IMG/VR virus record: IMGVR_UViG_3300017963_000331
Location: 1 to 52,062 of that record
Length of the DNA: 52,062 nucleotides
DNA from: a virus
Taxonomy: Duplodnaviria; Caudoviricetes
Reading direction: 5' to 3' (one strand)
Shown here: in pieces, positions 47,501 to 52,062 of the stretch
How the letters are laid out: each line of letters begins with the position of its first letter
How positions within the stretch are numbered: position 1 is the stretch's first letter
Position numbers and translations under genes: made by a program
The notes under the pieces: generated by a model
Database searches by the model: none
What the model was told of the DNA's origin: nothing
Seen by the model: only the letters and a program-made list of their open reading frames with translations

Positions 47501-48839
47501 GGTTGCCAAGGGTGAGATCGCGCGTCGCCGCAAGATCCACGCGAAGAAGAATCAGACGCGAACGCAGAAGGCTTTCTCGCATCTAGCGAAGACCGTCGAC
47601 ACCGGGCGCACGCTGATCCTTAGTCTCGACCTCCCGCTCATGCGTCAGGCGGCTACGTGGACGTTCAAGCAGGCTGCGACTGGCAACCTGAAGAAGCTGC
47701 GTGCGATGGCGAGGGACGCCGTATCGGCTGCGAGGTCTGATGAGAACCTGTTCGCGCAGATGGAGGATATCCGCAACGACGAGAATGCGGAGCACTACGA
47801 GGCAATGGGGATCGACTTCACCGACATGGCGACGGAGATCGAGCACCAGGAGGAAATGTTCGCCGGTGGTTACCTCAACGAGCTTCGCCGTAGCGGAGTG
47901 CCGGTCGTCGCGCACGCAGCCGGTGGTGTCGTCGCAACGAACCGTATGCACGTGTCAATCCTGAATCATATCCGCAAGGACTACGCTGACACGTTCCTCT
48001 ACACGATGATTCCCGGTGGTCCGCAGAACATGACCGCAGCGCAGGCGAAGATCATCGGTTCGACGATCAACTCCGCCACGGGTCGCGGTAGCCTCGGGCC
48101 GTTCGAGCAGCACGCGAGCATGATGGTCACCGTGTTCCTGGCACCCAAGTACGTCGTGTCGAGGTTCCGCACGCTGATCGAGATCCCGTTCCGCCTCGCG
48201 ACCGGCATCGGGCACACGCCCGAGACTCGGAAGTTCGTCGCGAAGGAAGTCGGCTTGACGATGGCGGGTGTTGCTGCACTGCATTCGCTAGCAGTCCTCG
48301 CGAAGCTTGGCGCCGGTGAAGAACTCGAAGAGGCGCTGCCGGAGATCGACCCGCGATCTTCCGCCGCTGGTAAGATCCAGTTCGGTAACACGACCATCGA
48401 CCCGATGTTCGGTCTGTCGCAGTCGCTCGTGTTCCCTACGCGATCATTGGCCGGTCAGTACAAGCAACGTGGCAGTGGTGAGATCAAGCCACTTCGCAAG
48501 CCGTGGATCGGCGAGGGCGAGGGTCCGGGATTCGGCGAGTTCGACATGAAGGACGTGTGGGCTGGCTTCCTCCAGTCGAAGCTGTCTCCGTGGTTGGGCT
48601 CGACGCTCGATGCCGCAGCCAAGGAAGATATCATCGGGCGTGAGGTCACGGCTGGTGGGCTCCTGGTCGGGAACACGCTACCCATCCCGATCCGCGATAT
48701 CTACAGTGCCATGAAGGCGTTGGGCGTTCCCGGTGGTACGGCGGCAGCCGTCCTAATGTGGACCGGCATGGGGATGCAGACCTACGAAGAGAGAGCGAGC
48801 GGTAAGTCCGCTCCAGATCCGTACGCGGTCACAGAGTGA
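44565..48839 (+). CDS. Large internal virion / DNA ejection protein
   Basis: ~1420 aa helical, with Gly/Ala hydrophobic helices, a PAE-rich linker and coiled coils; ATG 44565 after GGAG. Confidence 0.7.
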   Translation: MPIDKDVFDAADAILNQGARPMPREIVAGADDILKQADSQQVRMQRHAEADLKAREGRFLGSPFMRTVTMKAGATGGGLLARFTGHEDAANRVHRLSAAYTKAHQEMLKQQEFPGVDAVAQKTLQIGTEMTAQAPFIGLAAFGGAPAIIGQAAVTTADRSYTDALDAGKSPRAAAQHAIGMGVIEGGITSAFQMLGLGGVEKVLGRTAKPAMTAGVKETAKRFGITTGQELVEELSISLGQAMFEDHVTGVAPKGWERFKATAGDVALQTIFTSLAYSAPGEISNAGRQKLIDGRGKILQIANEGRAPTRKEWKSMGFSRFSGLTEQSRLDAVTEMADQLQQAYLSRLQEPEGPQMEIPQEFEAFMMEPAGPEGAPSGQQEAAPVQPEAAPVSPTSAEVQPEAAPVAPVEPVAAPEAPPAVETPTEPETLQGDETGTARRFTEALRADVELPGLEDAVPEERQQWVDDAIARGEKDPDWTDKLLNTLGNNKKRVLTKVEVAGLGIHIRKLKNDVEALREQAKSDDIYVAEQARHEMAEAIHQINLVTEKTKGGLTENARALNAAALAFSKDFTFSTIAAREAAEKGAPLNRKEINEISRLTDLIAKKDKTIAQLEENVRTSSVATAVRDARRRGGVKRPSRKKVQKQKKVRDAISAFKSVAFEGGKLADFVKAEAGAFNIDAILAGVKVIEAAVDLGATTFSEFWAENVSDLGFEARALFKSAWGKAQHDGIIPQMAFRKDNYADIAKYARKMLNAVVDGGVVDTDEVIAEVHEEMSKVVADFTKANTIDAITGQGNFKPGKRGRTAAQQAVADIKQQLKLQRELESIEAGAVPTTTPRTPKQDAPAVAALKNEIADAKANSQNIADDKARRAENARIAKLEQKLADVQAGKVELPARKAKAEDSDAVKNLKKQLKEAEDTSPVLKRMRAARREGDYTETLERQLADYQRRLDEDDIQPTPTRPTPTSDRIKQLKHEVEVAKGEIARRRKIHAKKNQTRTQKAFSHLAKTVDTGRTLILSLDLPLMRQAATWTFKQAATGNLKKLRAMARDAVSAARSDENLFAQMEDIRNDENAEHYEAMGIDFTDMATEIEHQEEMFAGGYLNELRRSGVPVVAHAAGGVVATNRMHVSILNHIRKDYADTFLYTMIPGGPQNMTAAQAKIIGSTINSATGRGSLGPFEQHASMMVTVFLAPKYVVSRFRTLIEIPFRLATGIGHTPETRKFVAKEVGLTMAGVAALHSLAVLAKLGAGEELEEALPEIDPRSSAAGKIQFGNTTIDPMFGLSQSLVFPTRSLAGQYKQRGSGEIKPLRKPWIGEGEGPGFGEFDMKDVWAGFLQSKLSPWLGSTLDAAAKEDIIGREVTAGGLLVGNTLPIPIRDIYSAMKALGVPGGTAAAVLMWTGMGMQTYEERASGKSAPDPYAVTE

Positions 48840-48864
48840 CAAGCGACCCCCAGTATGGTAGGAT
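48836..48864 (+). promoter_or_regulatory. Sigma70-type promoter, probably leaderless, for the peptidase module
   Basis: GTGACA, 17 nt, (TGG)TAGGAT, 6 nt, ATG 48871. Confidence 0.6.
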
Positions 48865-48870
48865 ATTGGC

Positions 48871-49494
48871 ATGAGCTACGAAGACATGAAACCCGGCGAC
48901 ATTATCGGATTCTCCGGCGCAGGCTGGATCAGCTCCGGTATCAATGTGGTGACCTACGGCTTGCCGTGGTGGTCTATCTCTCACGTTGGGATCATCGGTG
49001 AGGATGTAACGCACCCTCGTACCGATGTTGCTCTCTACAAGGAATTCGAGCTGCCTCTATTGCTGTTCGAGTCCACCGAGTTCCCGAACCAGGAGCCGTG
49101 CGAAATTACCCGTGAGCCGATCTGCGGCACGCAGGCGCACGACTGTCGCTGGGTCGTGAACCAGTACAAGGGTGCAGCGTGGCACTACAAGCTCACGAGG
49201 GAGCTGTACCCTCACGAGAGAGCACGACTGTCGAGGTATCTCAATGCGACGTGCGGCACTCCTTATGACGTCCTCGGCGCAATGAGGTCGGGAGGGATGC
49301 TATTTGCTTGGGCTGAGGCGTTGTTCAGAACGCAGAACGCGAACAAGCTTTTCTGTTCCGAGTGGGTAGCCGCTGCCGCACAAAACGTCGGCATCTTGCA
49401 GACGTCGTCTTTCTCGGGATGGTCCCCTAACTATCTCGTTCGCTACTTACGCAGGATGGGTTGGTTGCACAAGCCAGAGAGGCTACCAAGATGA
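48871..49494 (+). CDS. Permuted papain-like NlpC/P60 (YiiX/YaeF, C92) enzyme
   Basis: PGDII, SHVGI (His before Cys), GTPYD and LFCSEWVA. Confidence 0.85.
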   Translation: MSYEDMKPGDIIGFSGAGWISSGINVVTYGLPWWSISHVGIIGEDVTHPRTDVALYKEFELPLLLFESTEFPNQEPCEITREPICGTQAHDCRWVVNQYKGAAWHYKLTRELYPHERARLSRYLNATCGTPYDVLGAMRSGGMLFAWAEALFRTQNANKLFCSEWVAAAAQNVGILQTSSFSGWSPNYLVRYLRRMGWLHKPERLPR

Positions 49495-50144
49495 AGCGTG
49501 GAACGGAATTGCTAGTGCCTGTCGCCATTGTTGTCGCTGCGGTGATCGTCGTCACATATGATGGCGATAACCCTCTCGGCGCCATCACATATGGTGACAA
49601 GGCAGTCCTCGAACGACCGGTCGTGAACATACCCCACAAGCTCCGCCAAGGCAATTGGCTTAGGCGCGGCACCAGGGCTGACGGTTCATGCTGTCACGCA
49701 GCTTTTATTTCGTTGCTGCGATGGCAAGGACAGTACCGTCTGGCTGACAGGTGGCGACGTCAACATTCAGGTGGCGAGTATACGTTCACGATGATGGAAG
49801 AACTCGACGACGCAGATGTTCCGTACGCGTGGTGTCAGAACGGAGACGTCGGCTTCCTTGAGTGGGCGATCCGCACGAGGCGGGGAGCATGTATCCAGTA
49901 CATGGACGATCCGAAGCGGTTCATGAGTCTACCGAAGAACAAAAGATGCTATCATATGGTGAATCTGGTCGATCTGACGCCCAAGTACGCCTGCATCCTT
50001 GACAACAACGACCCCCGTAGATTCAAATGGATGGACCGCGATCAATTCCTCTGGAATTGGAAAGCGTCCGAAGGTTGGGCTTTCACGCCCGTTTATTCAC
50101 CGGCAGCTCCGCTGCCTCCCCGTTACAGAAGGGATACGTTATGA
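49491..50144 (+). CDS. Membrane-anchored/exported papain-fold (C39-like) cysteine peptidase
   Basis: N-terminal hydrophobic helix; Q...GSCCHAA, HMVNLV and ILDNN give Cys-His-Asp order. Confidence 0.7.
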   Translation: MKRGTELLVPVAIVVAAVIVVTYDGDNPLGAITYGDKAVLERPVVNIPHKLRQGNWLRRGTRADGSCCHAAFISLLRWQGQYRLADRWRRQHSGGEYTFTMMEELDDADVPYAWCQNGDVGFLEWAIRTRRGACIQYMDDPKRFMSLPKNKRCYHMVNLVDLTPKYACILDNNDPRRFKWMDRDQFLWNWKASEGWAFTPVYSPAAPLPPRYRRDTL

Positions 50145-50800
50145 ATCCTCGTTTCAAGATTGGCTTGGTAGGGGCGATCATCGTCGCTCTTGCTTGCGTC
50201 TGCTTCGCAGGCGAAACCCAGGAGCGTGTTGCTCCTCCGAATGACGCAGACGTACTGCACCTGTCAGTCGTTGGCATCGTCAACAACGCCGATTACCAAC
50301 GCGTACTGTCCTGGTTCCAGAATGACGCAGACCTCGCGTCGCTCCGCAAGGGAACCCACTTCCACGCCGTCAAGGCTGGCTCCGCGATCTATGATGAACG
50401 ATACCGACCCAACATCAAAGGGCTGCCGACAGTCCGCTTGCAGAATGCTAAGGGGGTCATTCTCTACGAGAGTGCCGGTGCAGCGATTCCGAAGTCGCCC
50501 TCCGAACTCCTGAATGCCATTGCAAGCAAGACGGGGCAGGTATTCGACCCTCCGCTTCTACCGTGGCGACGCAAGATCCAGAACAACTGCGACAACGGTC
50601 AGTGCGGCCCGCAGCAAGAGTTCACGCCCGAGGAGATCATGGAGGAGGAGTTCAGTTTCGGTGAGCCGCCCCTGCCGTTCAGTGAGCCTGAACCGGAGCC
50701 CGCTGTCCCCGCGTGGGTGATCGTCGTATTGGCGCTGGCATCGGCGCTTGGTGGCGGGGTTGGAGCCGTGATCGGTTCCGTGAAGAAAGAAATGGGCTGA
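50141..50800 (+). CDS. Exported thioredoxin-fold-like protein lacking CxxC, with a C-terminal TM anchor
   Basis: Signal peptide, KGLPTVRLQ..GVILYE (cis-Pro region of the Trx fold), CDNGQC, Pro/Glu linker and C-terminal hydrophobic helix. Confidence 0.55.
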   Translation: MNPRFKIGLVGAIIVALACVCFAGETQERVAPPNDADVLHLSVVGIVNNADYQRVLSWFQNDADLASLRKGTHFHAVKAGSAIYDERYRPNIKGLPTVRLQNAKGVILYESAGAAIPKSPSELLNAIASKTGQVFDPPLLPWRRKIQNNCDNGQCGPQQEFTPEEIMEEEFSFGEPPLPFSEPEPEPAVPAWVIVVLALASALGGGVGAVIGSVKKEMG

Positions 50801-50807
50801 CCCACAC

Positions 50808-50864
50808 ACGGGGTGCCTTCGGGATGCTGCGGCATAGGGTTCACGCCCTCCCCCGTATTTTGTT
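50808..50864 (+). ncRNA. Compact four-way-junction RNA element / atypical terminator
   Basis: Outer ACGGGG/CCCCGT encloses CC-TTCG-GG, ATGC-TGCG-GCAT and AGGGT-TCAC-GCCCT; ATTTTGTT follows. Confidence 0.4.
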
Positions 50865-50906
50865 CGTTCACAACTACCTACCTGTTTTCGTGAAAGAGAC
50901 TCTACT

Positions 50907-51293
50907 ATGACTCCTGTTGAAATCGTTTTGCTCTGTCTGTTGTGCGCCGGTGCCTGCTGGGTCGTCGGTAAGAAGCTGTTCGAGAAGGACACCGAGATCG
51001 AAGGTCGTCGCCGTGGAGCTGGCCAGCTCGCTATCGCACTCGGCAAGTACGGACTGAAACGTATCCCGGACTTCCTTGTCGACTACTCCGTTGGCGACTA
51101 CTCCGGCTGCGCCGTGAAGATCAAGCAACTCGCCGATCTGTTCCTGTCCGGTGAGACTGCGATCACCGAGGAATTCGACGGCGTGTTCAAACAAGTCTTG
51201 TTCAACAAGATGCAGACCGTCGAGGGCCGCGCCTTCGTCGATGCGATCTTGAAAGAAGCAAGAGAAGCGGTGGGCGAAGCGAAGCCCGAATAA
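50907..51293 (+). CDS. Membrane-anchored hypothetical protein
   Basis: N-terminal TM helix containing Cys residues, then a helical soluble domain. Confidence 0.7.
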   Translation: MTPVEIVLLCLLCAGACWVVGKKLFEKDTEIEGRRRGAGQLAIALGKYGLKRIPDFLVDYSVGDYSGCAVKIKQLADLFLSGETAITEEFDGVFKQVLFNKMQTVEGRAFVDAILKEAREAVGEAKPE

Positions 51294-51327
51294 GTAGTAC
51301 GACGCGACGCGACAAACCTTTGGACCG

Positions 51328-51368
51328 ACAGCTCGCTCGACTCAGTCGGGCGGGCTGTTTCTCATTTA
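51328..51368 (+). terminator. Intrinsic terminator
   Basis: 14-bp stem ACAGCTCGCTCGAC/GTCGGGCGGGCTGT (two G-U pairs), then TTCTCATTT. Confidence 0.65.
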
Positions 51369-51384
51369 CTTGGAGAACGATCCT

Positions 51385-52062
51385 ATGGCTAATTACCGAC
51401 CACTCGTCATCGTTGCCGGTCAGGTCATGCAACTATCTGACTCTGACGTCCTCTACTGCGAGGACGCGACCGTAAACGATTACCTCAACGTCAACGGCTC
51501 GATAGCGGTCGGCAACATGGGCCTAGCCGGGACTACGTTCTCGTGCTCCGGTGTCCTCGGAATCGACGCGTCCTTCGGTGTCCTGATCGGCGACACCGCG
51601 TCTTCGTACCAGGGGCAGCTCTCAGTCAACGCGGACAGGAGCGGCTCTGGTATCCAGATGGCGCAGTCGTATGAGGGCACGATAACCTCGACGGACAGCC
51701 ACGCGTACGGATCGTGGCACAATACCGAACTCGTCCCGGCGAACAACCAGAACGTGTACGGCACCGTGTGGTCCTGGCAGGTTGACTCTGGCGCCGCGAA
51801 TACGATTGCTGAGGTAAACGCAGCGTATGTCGGCGGAGTATCCGACAACGGAACCGGAACGGTCAACACGTGTATCGGATTGCGGCTCAAGACCCAGAAC
51901 GCCGGGTCGCTAGCAAACTGGTCGCTCTACTGCGAGGGCGACGCGTACTTCGGCTCTGACGTTGTCTTCGGGGCGTTCACGCTGACGTACCCGACCGCTG
52001 ACAACCAGATCCTACAAGCGACCGGCCGACACTGCCGCATGGACGACGGACATTGAGGGGCT
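51385..52062 (+). CDS. Tail fibre/tailspike N-terminal part; apparent frameshift near 52027, then continues into base 1
   Basis: ATG 51385 after GGAG. Frame 1 reads ..ADNQILQATG and frame 2 continues ADTAAWTTDIEG-L-DEITING across the junction. Confidence 0.7.

Noticed and set aside
50808-50856. tRNA gene
   Set aside because: Only ~49 nt, with no 7-nt anticodon loop, TTC T-loop in the right position or CCA end.
1-52062. Temperate lifestyle module or alternative genetic code
   Set aside because: No integrase, ParA or repressor recognised. Core genes are intact under the standard code, and all three stop codons terminate genes.

Overview
The window looks like an essentially complete, circularly closing genome of a GC-rich, podovirus-like tailed phage (Caudoviricetes). 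Its last two bases join base 1 in frame inside a tail fibre/tailspike gene. Two arms diverge from a ~1 kb non-coding control region (22.6-23.7 kb). The leftward arm (minus strand, 22.6 kb down to 2.9 kb) starts with small early genes including a radical SAM enzyme. It continues through a recombination/replication module (Sak4-like AAA, DUF669-type SSB, Cas4-like nuclease, DEAH helicase, Prim-Pol/helicase, RusA) and ends in a nucleotide/DNA-modification cluster (metallophosphoesterase, DUF5664-type diphosphohydrolase, NDT-like protein, SPFH protein, N6/N4 MTase). The rightward arm (plus strand, 23.7 kb through the end and on to 2.85 kb) carries GroES, terminase, portal, scaffold, major capsid, head-tail and tail proteins, fibres and ejection proteins. 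It ends in an envelope module with two cysteine peptidases, two exported thioredoxin-fold proteins and a holin-like protein, with no recognisable glycosidase or Zn-amidase endolysin. I recognised no integrase, repressor, DNA polymerase, tRNA or CRISPR array. The most interesting signals are that protease + thioredoxin candidate lysis system, a promoter-proximal two-hairpin kissing-loop RNA leader in front of the replication operon, and restriction-site avoidance (CTCGAG and CTGCAG not seen anywhere; GATC nearly absent only from the early region). All calls come from motif recognition by eye; no searches were run.
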